Assembly (NCBI GenBank): GCA_977018835.1
Contig: OZ361259.1
Coordinates: forward strand, 3,410,001-3,474,000
Source: Minutocellus sp. GHC0000111
Taxonomy: Eukaryota
Direction of reading: 5' to 3'
DNA length: 64,000 nt
Made by a program: the position numbers and the translations under genes. Below are positions 41,653 to 54,392 of this stretch, piece by piece; position 1 is the stretch's first letter; every line of letters begins with the position of its first letter. The notes beneath the pieces are model-generated. The model was not told where the DNA came from. It saw nothing but the letters and a program-made list of their open reading frames with translations, and ran no database searches.

Positions 41653-43158
41653 ATGAGATTTCACATCGCATCTTCAGCAGCGTCGCTGCTCCCTCTTATG
41701 CAGTTGGCGTCTTCACAGTCGTATTTCAATGCTGGTCGATGTCCGCAACCTCCGTCTGACAACAACGACAAGAACTGCCGCTGCATTGACGTCAAGGATT
41801 ATGACGATCTCAAAGGAGCCATCGAAAGAGTCAAGGATATGGAGTGCAAGTGCCTGCGACCCTTCTCGGTAACCAAATCTCCGCAAGAGTCGCCGATCGA
41901 AATACACGATGTGAAGGGCATCACGATCCAGTGCCAAACACTCGGAGGGTGTGAAATCAATGGTCCTGGCACTCACATAGTCATTAGTGGAGAAGATACT
42001 GAGGCGACCATATCTGGATTTCACTTTCGCGATGCCACCGAAAGTGCAATTGTCATTGCCGACGGCACTGGAAGTGGTCGCCGTGGCGATGCCGATGATG
42101 CGCGAGATCAAACCATATGCGACAGCAGCTTCACAAACAATAAGAACTACTGGCATAATGGAGGTGCCGTCAAGGCCGGTGCAGCCACGAGTACTTACAT
42201 CGCCAAGTCAACATTCGTCTCGAACAAAGCGGCTCGGATGGGCGGTGCAGTCAGCGGAGAATCGAGCAAACTGACCGTCCTGGAGTTGACCTTCTCGTCC
42301 AATTCGGCAGCTTTGGGAGGTGCGGTGAGCTCAAATCAGCCAGATTCCACCCTGATTCTGTTGGACAATGCATTCGACGATACCAATGTGGCAGGGCTCG
42401 GGTCGGCATATGGCCCTGCCGTTGCGGCAAACGGTCTTGTCCGAGATCTTGGAGGGAACGTGGCCAACCCGAAAGACTTCATGTGCCTGGGCTGTACGTT
42501 GCGGACTGGACACGAGATCCAACAATACAATCCCAGCTTGGGCCATTATGATGGAGACAATGGTCAAAATGAGCGCAATCGTTATGGCAGTAACAATGGG
42601 ATGGGAGGAAATCCAGGAACAGTCGTTGATGAGTTGAATGAAAACGGAGGTAATCCTGAATTCTTGGAATACGAATTATACGACGAGGATGACGAATGGG
42701 GCCCATTCCATTTGAAGCTATATTTTGGCGATGGCTACCAATGGCAGGGATTGACGAAGGATCTCAATGTTTGTCTTGAATATAAATACAGCTCGAAGAA
42801 TGTCGAAGGAAAGGATGACCCAATGATGCTGAACGGATGTAATGAAGACAAGGACGAGCAAAAATTTATTGCCCGTGGCGACGAGACGATCCGCCTGGCG
42901 GAGGATGACGACCTATGCATCACGTACGTCGTTGCGAGAGGTCTCGGCGTTCATGAGTGCAATGGATCTATCTTTCAGCAGTGGGATCGCGTGCAAAAGT
43001 CTGGCCAGTTCAAGATCTCGCCAGCGGTAGACCACAATAGATGCATGACGAACCACCATCATCCCAGAGAGAAAGAGAGAGTGTATTTGGACTGGTGTCA
43101 TCTCGCTGAAGATGGAGATACTGCGTACTGGACTTTACGGTGGAATGAGAGTGACTAG
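41653..43158 (+). CDS. Secreted beta-helix (GGAV/FxxN) protein with C-terminal ricin-B-like domain; intronless paralogue of the adjacent divergent gene
   Basis: Shares CRCI…KDYDDL…CKC…CEINGPGTH…ATESAI/V…YGPAVAANGLV with the neighbour. The C-terminus has ricin-type C…C…QxF/QxW units. Confidence 0.8.
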   Translation: MRFHIASSAASLLPLMQLASSQSYFNAGRCPQPPSDNNDKNCRCIDVKDYDDLKGAIERVKDMECKCLRPFSVTKSPQESPIEIHDVKGITIQCQTLGGCEINGPGTHIVISGEDTEATISGFHFRDATESAIVIADGTGSGRRGDADDARDQTICDSSFTNNKNYWHNGGAVKAGAATSTYIAKSTFVSNKAARMGGAVSGESSKLTVLELTFSSNSAALGGAVSSNQPDSTLILLDNAFDDTNVAGLGSAYGPAVAANGLVRDLGGNVANPKDFMCLGCTLRTGHEIQQYNPSLGHYDGDNGQNERNRYGSNNGMGGNPGTVVDELNENGGNPEFLEYELYDEDDEWGPFHLKLYFGDGYQWQGLTKDLNVCLEYKYSSKNVEGKDDPMMLNGCNEDKDEQKFIARGDETIRLAEDDDLCITYVVARGLGVHECNGSIFQQWDRVQKSGQFKISPAVDHNRCMTNHHHPREKERVYLDWCHLAEDGDTAYWTLRWNESD

Positions 43159-43348
43159 GTAGATTGAATTTTGGTTTCAGAAAGCATTGTGTCGAGTCCT
43201 GCGTTTGATTTTCGTGAGGATTTTATGTTGTATGTTTGCCGAGCTGGCTGAGCACGCCCATGTACTAAAATAGGCGCCTATATATGTGTTTACTCGTTTC
43301 GATTGAGGCTATATATGAATCGAGTGATTCCTCACCCTCGCCGACGAT

Positions 43349-44176
43349 TTACTCGCTCGAAGCTGCCGGGGGCTCGATGCAATTGAGGATTGTCCTGAGA
43401 GCCTTTTCTGCCAACACCACCTGTCTTTGCGCCTCGTTCAGGTACTTGAGAACCTCATCCTTGCCTCCACCAGGGTTGTATTCGCCAAACTGACTAATGA
43501 ACGCCATACTGTTGCTCATGTTCATGGCAGTGTTGTAATCCTCGATCGCCTCAAAGAATGCCTCGAGGTTATCGGGGTCAATGTCCATATATTTCACTTT
43601 GGTAAACACTTTCTCGATCTGGAACAGCGGGTCGGTGGTCGATCGGAGTCCGAGATATTTGCGCACGGCATCAGCATCCCTCTTGCACTCCCCCCCGTTT
43701 TCTCTACAGACAGTCGTTTCCTGCTCAAAGTTATTGAGCAAGTAGACAATTCCCTCGTATCTAATGCGAAATTCGAGCACCAATTTTGGACATTTGGGAG
43801 AATACAGATATATGAGTAAAAGATTTCCCAATTGCATCGCATGCACACATCACTATGTCATGAGCAAACAAACCATGACATATTTCTACATGACATGAAC
43901 TCACCCGGTCTTGATTCGTTGAATCTCGGCCTCGGTCGGCGGACCCCCAGTGGCGAAGGCAGGAACGGGGAAGCCAACACCCGCACTGACAGCGGCGGCC
44001 GCCGCAACCTTACCGAACAAGCTGCGGCGGTCCAATCCCTCACCATGGGCGTTTGTGGCGCTCAGCGCCGACGATGCCTGAGCAGTACGCGCAGTTCCGG
44101 TGGTTCCGGTGGTCGTAAACGCGGCGCCGCTGTGGGCAGCACAAGCGAGGACAAGGGCGGCACAAATGCTTCTCAT
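43349..44176 (-). CDS. Thylakoid-lumen protein (tripartite presequence, Tat motif), possibly PsbQ-like helical bundle; exons 44176-43905 and 43760-43349
   Basis: Signal + GAAF, twin-Arg DRRSLF, hydrophobic stretch and AFA cleavage site. The GTGAGT…TAG intron splices in frame (…RIKTGYEGIVYLL). Confidence 0.8.
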
Positions 44177-44531
44177 TTTTTCTATATATATGCCGCTTGT
44201 ATTGTTGTCGGTGGGCTACTGCTTATCTATTTGTGGGCTCGGCCAATATGATATCTATCTGGTGGCTCCTGTACTGAGCTGTCAGCCGCAACGTCATCGT
44301 GCTCATCGCATCATCAAGGAAATGCCTCGGGGGCCTTTTCCCCGATTTATTCCCATTAGCACATTCTTCCCGAAAGTACCCCCTTTCACCTATCTATTGC
44401 GGTGAATTGCTAGTCCGATAGCCTATTTCCCCGTTTCACCTTTGGCTTCTCAACGTACGTACGTATTACGTAGGTTTTCAGGCGCCTCTGGCGCCCGGTG
44501 GCAATCTTGCCTCATTTTTACCATCAACCAC

Positions 44532-46124
44532 ATGGCGTCGCCAGCAGCGGCACCAGAAGCAGTAGCGGCACCGGCTCGACCCGACGAAGACTGCCTTCAG
44601 GCCCAGTACGACGAATGTCTGAGCATCAGTCTCATTTTTCCGGACGAATTTCGCCTCCTCAGCGGTCTCGCTGCTACCGGCACAAGCGCTGACATTACTG
44701 TGGAGGCCACAAACACGAACAAGAATGAGGGCGAATCATCCACGGCATGTGCCGACTTGACCCTCCTTTCGCCCGATGATTTCGCCCACCCCATCAGCTA
44801 TTCGGTCCGTCTGCAACCTGCTGATGCCGATGATAACAGTGATGATGGCAATAACGACCATGACCACCAGCAGCTACTGTGGCCGACAGATCGCAGCTTT
44901 GCCCTCGTCGTGACGTATCCACAGTCCTATCCCTCGGTCGCTCCCATATTCTCCTTCTCCTCGCCTGCGCTCCACCCTATCCAAGAGGAGGCATGCCTCA
45001 CCGCCATACTGACTGATATTCGTCCCGACCTCGACGCCAGCAATCCCTGTGTACTTACGGCCATTGCATCTGCACGTCAATTCTTCCTCGACGGAGGGTT
45101 GGCCACCGGTCTGCTCCATTCCATCGACGAGGATGCGCTGACTACCATTTTGGCATATGTAGCGACAAGCGTGCAAGTTGTAGAGGATGTGGTGATGGCA
45201 TTGCCAGTCTTGGATGTCGTTAAGAAGAGAAATGAAGTGTGGAAGCAGCTGTGCCAGCGTCGGTGGCAGACCAAGTGGGGATACGAAAAGAGATGGAGGG
45301 TGGCTCTTGCAGAGGAGAAGGAATTTCGTAACAATCATCAACACTCGAATGCTACTAGTACAATGGGCACCTGGTGGTACGATCGATACATGTGGCAGGA
45401 GGAGGATGCCAAGAGAAATGACATCACCGTCGAGGAACTGGCCGACCCGTCCATCATTTGGGACGTACGAAACTTTTTTGAACGATACAACTATAACCGT
45501 CCCGAGTACATGAGAGACGTCCGTATGTCGGGACTGCGACGTTCGGTCGAGATGGTCCAATTCGTCAGGCTGCATCATCATGGTGCAGACTCCGACCATT
45601 TTCCCAAGAACGAGCCGAAAGACAAGGGCCACAGTGCCGGGCCGATAAGGAAGTCTGGTGCTGCTAGTGACGACGATCTTGCTACTTCGTGGTGCTGGTG
45701 CCTCCACAAGGAACAACAGAATGATGGTAACAACAACAACAACAGCAACCCGGGGCAACAGCCTCAGATCGTCTCAATGTACAGCCGCGAGTTCGTTCAT
45801 ATTGGAGCCGGCATCGGCATTCAAAGCGAGGTGCATCGGTTGGACTCGTGGGGTTGGGAGATGCGAAATGTTCAGCGGGCGTTTCGGTGCATCGACATTT
45901 CCATGCCGGTTTCAGATGGAGAGGTTGATGAGAGGAGTTGGGACGCAAAGGTTGCGGAGGCACGGAGTCGGCTTGACGAACTTTGGTCGGACTATCTTGG
46001 GAATTTAATAACCGAGGAGAAGCCCATATGGGTCAAACCGCGAAAGCACAGCAACAGTAGATTTGATCTGCCTTATCGCGAAATACCAGACGACGATGAT
46101 CTGAAAGCTTTCTTGCCTTGGTGA
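44532..46124 (+). CDS. RWD-domain protein with F-box-like segment
   Basis: QYDECLSISLIFPDE and LVVTYPQSYPSVAPIF are RWD motifs (E…IY/F, YPxxxP). LHSIDEDALTTILAYV…VWKQLCQRRW is F-box-like. Confidence 0.65.
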   Translation: MASPAAAPEAVAAPARPDEDCLQAQYDECLSISLIFPDEFRLLSGLAATGTSADITVEATNTNKNEGESSTACADLTLLSPDDFAHPISYSVRLQPADADDNSDDGNNDHDHQQLLWPTDRSFALVVTYPQSYPSVAPIFSFSSPALHPIQEEACLTAILTDIRPDLDASNPCVLTAIASARQFFLDGGLATGLLHSIDEDALTTILAYVATSVQVVEDVVMALPVLDVVKKRNEVWKQLCQRRWQTKWGYEKRWRVALAEEKEFRNNHQHSNATSTMGTWWYDRYMWQEEDAKRNDITVEELADPSIIWDVRNFFERYNYNRPEYMRDVRMSGLRRSVEMVQFVRLHHHGADSDHFPKNEPKDKGHSAGPIRKSGAASDDDLATSWCWCLHKEQQNDGNNNNNSNPGQQPQIVSMYSREFVHIGAGIGIQSEVHRLDSWGWEMRNVQRAFRCIDISMPVSDGEVDERSWDAKVAEARSRLDELWSDYLGNLITEEKPIWVKPRKHSNSRFDLPYREIPDDDDLKAFLPW

Positions 46125-46903
46125 GATCAGTAGATAGATCTAACTAGATCCAGTAGATAGAGTCCAGTAGTTTGATTTTGGGTGTTGATTTTCACTCTTT
46201 TGCTTCATGACGAGATTCGGCATTTTGTGGTGGGGTTGCGACCTTTTGGGTATCCCCTAATAATGTAGAATGTGATGTGCGTTTTCGTTAGTAATTTAGA
46301 AATTGCTTACTCAAAAATAGGGCAATACCCTTTCTGACGAGGGGGAATACCTGCAACTGGCCCGCCTGAGCAGCAGATCAGCAGATGCAAGCTCCACGCT
46401 CCACTCTACTCCTGCCTTCGCTTTCGTGCTTGCCAAGCCGAAGGCAGGTCCCCCCTCGTGGCGATTGCATCTCTGCTATTTATTGGAGTGTGATATCCTG
46501 TTATCATTGCTGGACTGGTCAGTCTGCAGGCCGGGTCAATTGTGGCACATCTTGCATCAGCCCAACCCACACGACGCCGGGCGGCCACGGTTGTGCTGTT
46601 GTCCTCGTCTTCGCGACTTGCAACCTGCGCCGCAGCATACCATAGGCAGAGATTCATATATTTGATTTCGCCCGGCTTTCTTATCCCGTCATTGTGCATT
46701 TGTTTGTGCTCTTTCTTGGTGAAACCGGCGTGAGAGAGAAAGAGATACCGGTAGAGAGAGACTCGTATCTGTCTGTGCTTCCCGAACCTCTGCCTCCGCT
46801 CCGCGCTGCACGAGTACCGACAGCGTCAACTTCAGTTGGCTGGGCCAGTGGGCTGGCCTAGTAGCGGGCAGGTTCTGCTCGCTTTGGTGCATTAAGGTCT
46901 TGC

Positions 46904-49900
46904 ATGCCCATCGGTAAATACGAAAACACACATGAGAAAGCCGAGGCGTTTGAATCATCATCAGCAGCATTCGACGATATCGGCATACCAGTAGACTTGA
47001 ACCTTGACGACAAAGAAGACCTGGACGTCGAATTGAAAGACGACTTGGAAGACGACCTATCGGTGGGCAGAATTCTCAAAATGGCCGAGGAGGGATTGCT
47101 CCTCCTGGATACAGCATCCGATGGGGAGGCATTGCCGGTTGATGGGGTGAATGATGAGGACGATTTGTATTCCATCGGTACGAATAGTGACGATGATGAT
47201 GATAATGATGATTTTGATGGTGCGGATGATGGCAATGCCAACGTTGATACTACCGGAACTGACAGCGTGGAGTACGGCAACGATAATGGTGAAGGAGAAG
47301 GCAGCGATGCCTTCCATGTCAACGCTGGCATGGCGGCTACTAAGCCCAGTGTGGACGGCGCCAGTCTGAGCAGCATCTCACCTTCGGCCTGTCCCGATCG
47401 ACGCTTCTTCGGCAACAGCGATGGGCCACCACCGCCGCTGGACCAGGTGCGAGTAGATGTAGCGGTGAGGTCGGGAGTCGCTTCGGCGAGGCGTGCCAGT
47501 GGGGAAGATATGCATGTGCAACAGCGGCATGTGTCACCGCCGACACCGACAATGGGCAATCTCAGCCCCAGCCACAGCCCCAACCTCAACCACCATCTCC
47601 TCGGTCCAGACCTACCACTCCAACCACCGCCCAGCGACGGACGAACCGATACCGGACCGCTCGGATTGCCACCAATGCCGGAGTTGGCATAAGGCAGGGC
47701 CTTCGCAAGACCGGACGGCTCTTCACTCGAGGAGGTGGTGCCGGCGGCGGCAAGAGGCGCCGATCTACTACCGACGCCGCCGCTGCAGATGATGCTGGCG
47801 ATGACGATAATGACGACGATGAACTGGATGAGGAGGGAGGCGTGAATACTATAGGAGGTCGTACGGCGGCACGCCGTCCTCGGACCGCAACGGGGAGTAG
47901 GAGAGGTCGGAAGGGAGGGCGATCTTTCAATGGCAAGGGTGGTATCCCAATGAACGGATCCAGTGCCAACCGGCATTCGAGTACTGGCAGAGATGCGTTA
48001 CTGACCCAGAGACGCAATGGGCTTGGCGGTACGACTAGCGGTGTGGATGATACCACGGCCACTGTCCGAACAGTCGAATCGACGCTCCGCTACGTCCTGG
48101 TCGTCCTTGGGGCATATATGCTCGGAGTTGCTCGGCCGGATCTTTCGCCATTTGTATCCAAGGCTGTGGAACTGGGAGGGGCGGCGTGGGTAACATGTGC
48201 AGTCATTCTGGCCCTGGCCTTTTTCCGCGGACAACGAGAAAGGATGCAAGTAGGAGCTACTATCAGTAGGTCTAGTGTTGGGATGGAACCTACTAGTATG
48301 CCTGGCACGGAAACTTATGTCCTAATGAAGCCGTCGGAGGGGCGTCATAGTCGACCTCCGATCCCCTCATCAACTGATACCAATTTGAGAAATGATCTTT
48401 CGGATAGCGCTCGTCCCAACGAGATGACGCCCCTCCTCAACACCAGCAGTTACGAAGAATACGCAGAGACTTCCCCGAGCCCGACTCGAAGGTCGGTACT
48501 GACAGAACCAGAAGTAAGCCAACGTCATGCCGGCGAACTCGCTTCTCGCGCCGAAATGCCCCACCCTGAGCTGGAGGCACTCCATCTAGTGGACTGTGCC
48601 AGCTCCAGACGAATCGTACCCAACTTTGAGGCCGTCGTTCTTGATAATGATTTATTTCATGGCAAGCTTCTGGCGATGATTCGAACATCAGATGCTGATA
48701 CCGACCCAAATGCATCTCCCCAGAAAACTTTGTTCGGTCCGACACAACAGGCAGTTTCTGATTATCTGAGACCGAAACAGCGAAGGTTCGAGTTCCAGTT
48801 CCAGATCAAGTTCAAGAAGATCCCAGATGGGCCCCTATTTCTTGCCTGTGAGGTTGATGAACCCATTAAGATGGGAATGGTACAGCGCGCATTTGTGGGA
48901 GCGTGCCTGAACTTTGTCCGCAAGATGAACTCGGGATTTCATTCATGCCTTACGGGCCAGGATGGAGTCAGTCCAGAAGATATCAAGGCTGGCATTTATG
49001 AAAAGACTCACATGGCCTTTACGGTTGACGCGAGCATGGACGCGCTTGTAGCGACAAAGCCTGGAGATCCATTGCCTAAGCTGGGTGAGGCCATCCAAGA
49101 GGATTCTGAATCGCTTCGATACCGCAAACGTGGAGGCAAGATCAACTGGAACACAGACGATGTATATACCATGGGTTTGTGGTAAGTCGAAATGTGGCGA
49201 TTTTATCGTTTTGTTTTTGTGGGCGCTCGCAATGTAGAGGGAGCTTGCCATTTGCCTAGGTACGTTACTCACTGCGTTCATCTTATTCATTTTCCCACAT
49301 CCACGCCCATGGTACTCACAGGTCGGCGTACGTTGACTTTAGTGCCTGGAGATGCCAGAACTTCCCCGGAATTAAGCCATTTTCTCTCACATCCGTGGGC
49401 GGGATCCAGCCTGTGAATCTACTACTGTACATCCTCAAGAACACTACGCCTGGCGTAGAACCCAAATTCCACTACGAATGTGACAAGATACGAGTGTCGC
49501 ATATCGAGATTTCTCACGGCGAGAAGATGCCTCTTGGCCCATATGCTCTCAAGGCTCGCCAATCTACAACGCTTATCGAGTCAACCCCGCGACCACCCAC
49601 TCTCGCGGCAAGGGCGACGACCGCAGAATCTTTTCTATCCAATGAGTCGTTCGGTGAAAATGATGGGGCGGATGCCGATGGGGGAGGGGATGAGGTGGCA
49701 GGCGAAGACAATGATGAGGGTATCGAACTAGCAGTAGTGGAAGATGATGATTATGACGACGACGACGATATTGCGACGCTCGATGAGCTCGCGGGAGGAG
49801 TCTACCTACGATCTGGAGACCCGATTGTTCTGCAAGAAGCTATCCCTGGTGCTACCGTATCTTGTGTTGCCAACGGTGCAGGTTTTGCCATCATTCAGAA

Positions 49901-52900
49901 TCAGCCGCAGGCTTCCATGATCATTATTGAGAAGGCCGACTCTAGCGCGCAGGGCATTGGTTCTGGTAAACGCTCGAAATTCATCAAGAATGGGGATGTG
50001 ATTTCCTTGAAGTTGGTTGTTCGCGGAAAGGGTGAAGTTGAGGAGCTGAAATACCTTTCGATTCACCGTGGGTGGTATCTGAAGTGGATGAACCGGCTCC
50101 CGAAACACAATGGTTTCTTCAAGATCAAGTCCGATGACAACCCAAACAGCATGGATGCGCAAACGGCCTATATTCAGCTTGGCCAGTCTTTTTCGCTGCA
50201 TCATAAGCGTTGGTCGCGCTTTCAAGTTGGAGCATCGATTGATAGCTCCGTCAAATTTGGAGGCCGAATCCTGTGTCTCTACAAGAATAAGGGGGCTGCT
50301 TCAACAGCCGTCGTCGGCGAAGATGCCAAGGATTTGGATGGGTTGCTGGATGAACAACCAACTAATCCTCTCACCGATGACCCTGGATCGAAAGGGAACA
50401 AGAAGAATTGGGTTCGTCCCCTGCATTTCCGCGCCGAAGCACTTGATGCTCTCTTTGCAGACACCGATGGCAATCATAGTGGTCAAAGTACCTCAACAAT
50501 CCAGTCTCCAGTGTCTTCCTACAGCCTTGATGCCCCCGCATGGATAGAAATGACCCATCGAACGCAACGTCGAAGGCAGAGAGCGTATGTGGTGCGAGTT
50601 TCTACCAGTATGTCTGGTCAGGGAATAGCCGAGAGCAAAGAAGGGTGTTCTTTCCGTCTTAGAACGGGTAATGATATTGCAAAGGTCCTTCAAGTTGGCC
50701 TCAAATTGAGGAATGACACCGACCAGGCCGCCTTGTTCGGCGAAGATTTCGACGATGCCTTCGCAGATCCCTCTCCAAGGCGGCATTTCATGCCTGAGCG
50801 GGATGAGCTTCAATTGAACCTTTCCTCTTCGATTGGCGAAGGTACTACTGGTAGAACCCACTCTGCATCAACGGTGGGAAGAGTGAGCGACAGGTCGCCG
50901 GTAGATTTACGACTCAGTGACCCGACGATGATATCTGAAGACTCCATCCCAGCTATCCCAGCCAGCCCAGCTTCATTCCACTTTGAAAACGAAACCGCCC
51001 CTGATGATATGGGCGATTCCACGATCCGACGCACTTCGTCGCTCGACGGCATATCTGATACTTTTCAGTATGGAAAATTTCAGAACGCGCAGAGCGAGGA
51101 TGTCGATAGTGACAACGGCAGCGAGGAAGACGGCGATCTCGTTGACAGTGATTCTGAGAATGAAGAGGATGATGCCGAAGCGGAGTATGATTATGTTGAT
51201 GACCTAGGGTTGCCGCCCTTGAGTGCAAAAGGCCGCAAAAAGAAGAAAAAATGGGCTGTGAAAGGCTCGGCAGCAAAGGTTGCCAAAACAATGAAAAGTG
51301 GAACGGCCATCACGGGGAAGCAAGTGTATAAGCAGGGCAAAAAGGTCGGGAAGGGCACTGTTTTTGCAGGGAGAGCGGCAGGACGAGCAATCACGAGCGT
51401 TCCAGCGCCAACTTCACTTCACAAGCCTCCCCGAAGAGAACCAAGGAAGATAACAAGCCGACCGAGGAGGGGAACGGTGAAAGACCATCATGTTGCTGTC
51501 AACAAAGCCGTCGCGCGAAACCTTTCGTCGTCTCTCTCGAAGCAAAACACCGGGCCCTCTACGTTCACCGCTGGGCGATTGTGTGCCCAAGATGCGAGCT
51601 GCCGCACAGTATCGCAAGTCCTCGGAGAAATTTCTGCCTTGGCGAAATCAGGAAGGAATCCTGAAATGACGCATCTTGTTGCTACGCAGGCGGAGGCATC
51701 ATCGGACCTTGACTCTTGGTTCCTACAGGGAGGGGCCGTGGAACTTGGCATTGTCCCGAAAATGAGCGACGAGTCTCTCTTAGCCGAGTCTGTCGTCGCG
51801 CGGAGCCTCTGGGACAGTCATTGGCGCGAAGAGTGGTGCGCATTGTATGCTTCTCGCATCGAATTTTATGCGCCTTTCTCGAAAAAAACCAATCCTCTCC
51901 CTCCCTCTCGCCGACGTTCAAGGCATACGCGCAGTGGATCCAACTAATGCGTTGCATCCATTACCTGGAGTATCCCTGTTGGCCATTGAGACTGCCTGGC
52001 GTGTTTCTTACATAGGCTTCCTGGACGATGCTATGAGGAGCTCATTCTCCGATCAACTAAAGGCTGCGCTCTTTTCTTCGAGCAATGAAGCCAGGCTCGA
52101 GGACGACGCTTACCGAGCTCATTTGTGGCAAAATGTTTCCTCCCAATCAATTGCGGCCAGTGGACGGGGCAAGTGGGCCCCCATAACATCCTCGAAGCGC
52201 AAGCAGCAACGGATCATATTAAATGGCCGACGCATGGGTTTTGACTGTGCTCCATTCAATGCTGAAACCAGAGTCACAGCGACGGAAAATAGTGTTGAAG
52301 TAGGCGGAGGATTGATTGAGAAAGAAGAGGAATTCGTCGAAAGTCTTCTACTCAAGGCTTGTTCATTCACCGTCGAGATGCTTGAGAATCAACCGAGGGA
52401 TTTCATTGACTTCCTGGATGCCACCAGCCGGTTGAGAAGCATCAATCTTCGTGATATCGACTTGTCAAGTGATGCTGCATTCTGCTTGGTCCTCAATCTT
52501 TATCATTGCTTGCTGCAGCACTCCCTTCTTCTTTCAATCGACGGTCCGCCAAGTAAAAAGGCAATTGGAACTTTCAAGAGAGCTTCATGCTACGAAATTG
52601 GCAATGATATCTTTTCGCTTGCCGAGCTCGAGTGTTGCCTACTGCGGGGAAGGACGAGCAAACCAAGCAACGCGAGATCTCCATACGTTGAGGCTCCAAA
52701 AGCGTCGCAGAGTGCCTACCGCCATTATTCCCTCGGAGCCACCGACCCTCGGATCAATTTTGTTCTGCACCAAGGCACGGGCGGATCGACAGTGCCAGTT
52801 CTCACTCCAGAGGTAATGGAGGAACAGCTCAATGCAGCAACTTCGGCCTTTCTCTCGAGAGAGGTCAAGATTTATGTGAACAGACGTACCATCGTCTTGC

Positions 52901-53097
52901 CCAAGATTTGCGATGTATATCGTCAGGACTTTGGTTCGGGTGATCCGTATGATTGCATTTCCTTCATTTTGCAGTACATGGATGAAGATTCGCAGGATAA
53001 GATCGTTGAACTGTTTACTGACGAGACCAATGCTCCATCAATCAAGTACCGGCCCAGTCAGCAGTCTTTTGTTACGAATCTTACCTTGATGCTGTAA
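46904..53097 (+). CDS. Large multidomain protein: acidic N-terminus, TM hairpin, DUF1769-like, PH-like and C-terminal DUF547-like domains; intron 49182-49321, apparent frameshifts near 47555 and 51885
   Basis: DUF1769-like: NDLFHGKLLAMIR…YLRPKQRRFEFQFQIKFK. The intron splices in frame (GLWSAYVDF). PH-like: HWREEWCALY. DUF547-like: AFCLVLNLYHCLLQH…SLAELECCLLRG…DPRINFVL. Inclusion of the 46904-47690 segment is inferred. Confidence 0.7.
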
Positions 53098-53260
53098 ACC
53101 TCTTCCGCGGTAAGCAGCGAAAATAACCATATTTCTTTTAGTATTGATATTAGCCAGCATGCTCTAGCTACATTGAAATCCTAGCTTTGTACCGGAATAG
53201 AACGCAGCACAATTGTAAATGAAAAGGCTCGACGTCTAACTAACCTTTAGCTTTTTTTGC

Positions 53261-54392
53261 CTATGATGCTTCGGTGAGGAGTTTGCGTGTTTGTTTGCAC
53301 GAGATTAGGGCAAGTTTACCTAGGACATCGCAAGGGCTACTGATGATTTCACATCCCTTCTCGAGCTCAGCTTCGGATAAGATTGCTTCGAAGCATTTTA
53401 TCGCCTCGTCAAAATGCTTCGTACGACGGTGGATACCACCAAGTCTTGCTAATACAAACAACCATTCGAGCTTCGTCTCCTTCATTCTCCGCCTAAAAAC
53501 CCTTGCTGCAACGGCGTCTCCTTGGCCAACGGAAGCTTCGACTTCTTTGGAATTCATCCTGATGGCACGCTTGAAATGGCGGGCGGCAGCTTTGAATGCA
53601 TCTCCTGCTTCGGTGTTCTGCTTCTTCTTCTCGTGGAGGTCACCAAGACGCCCCAATGTTCTGGCGATCATAACATGATCATTCAGTCTTCCACGCGAAC
53701 TGTTGCCCACATAATATACAGACCCTTCCATTACTTCAGAATCAGAATCTTCTTCCGCAGCATCGGCGATGTTCGTATATGACATCCCAGAGGGAGACGA
53801 TGTAGGGACAATTCCGGCAGAGAAGAAAGTAAGAGCCGATCGATAATATGCCATCGACTTTGCCAAAATATTGCGCCGATTGAGAGCCACGCCTAAAACG
53901 AACAGAGCCATCCCTCTTTCCGATGAGGAGATGAGAGCATCCAAGGTCCCATCACATACAATCCTCCTGAACCTATCAGAGATGACAATCATCTTGGCGG
54001 CGATAGCACTCTCGGCCGAGAGACGACCAAGCTGAATGGACTTTCGGTCAGGGCGATGGCTCGCCGCAGTGGCCTCCAACAGAAGATCGCAATCAGCCAC
54101 CATCAACTCGGCAGACAATGCAGCTCCAAGCTTCTCACTCGCTGTGATATGTATCGACTATCCTGCAGTACTGACATACTCTCATTGACATGTCCGGCTT
54201 TTATGAGTCGTTTGGGCATGAGAACGTACGTCTTGTCGAGTTTGCTGTTAATTCGACTCAAAGCTGTGGCATATGTGTTGGCAGTGGCATGGGTGGCCTT
54301 GGTATGACTGGATAGTTGCGATGCGGCTGTTCGGAAGCTATCGGCGTCGGATTCAGCATAATCGTCGTCGTCGTCGTTGACACCGATGCCAT
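53261..54392 (-). CDS. TPR-repeat protein, 5' part fragmented across frames (possible pseudogene or assembly errors)
   Basis: TPR-like helices IARTLGRLGDLHEKK…A…F, VLARLGGIHRR…FDEAIKCFE and VLGKLALI in ORF 53261..54118. Upstream coding-like segments lie in other frames. Confidence 0.45.
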
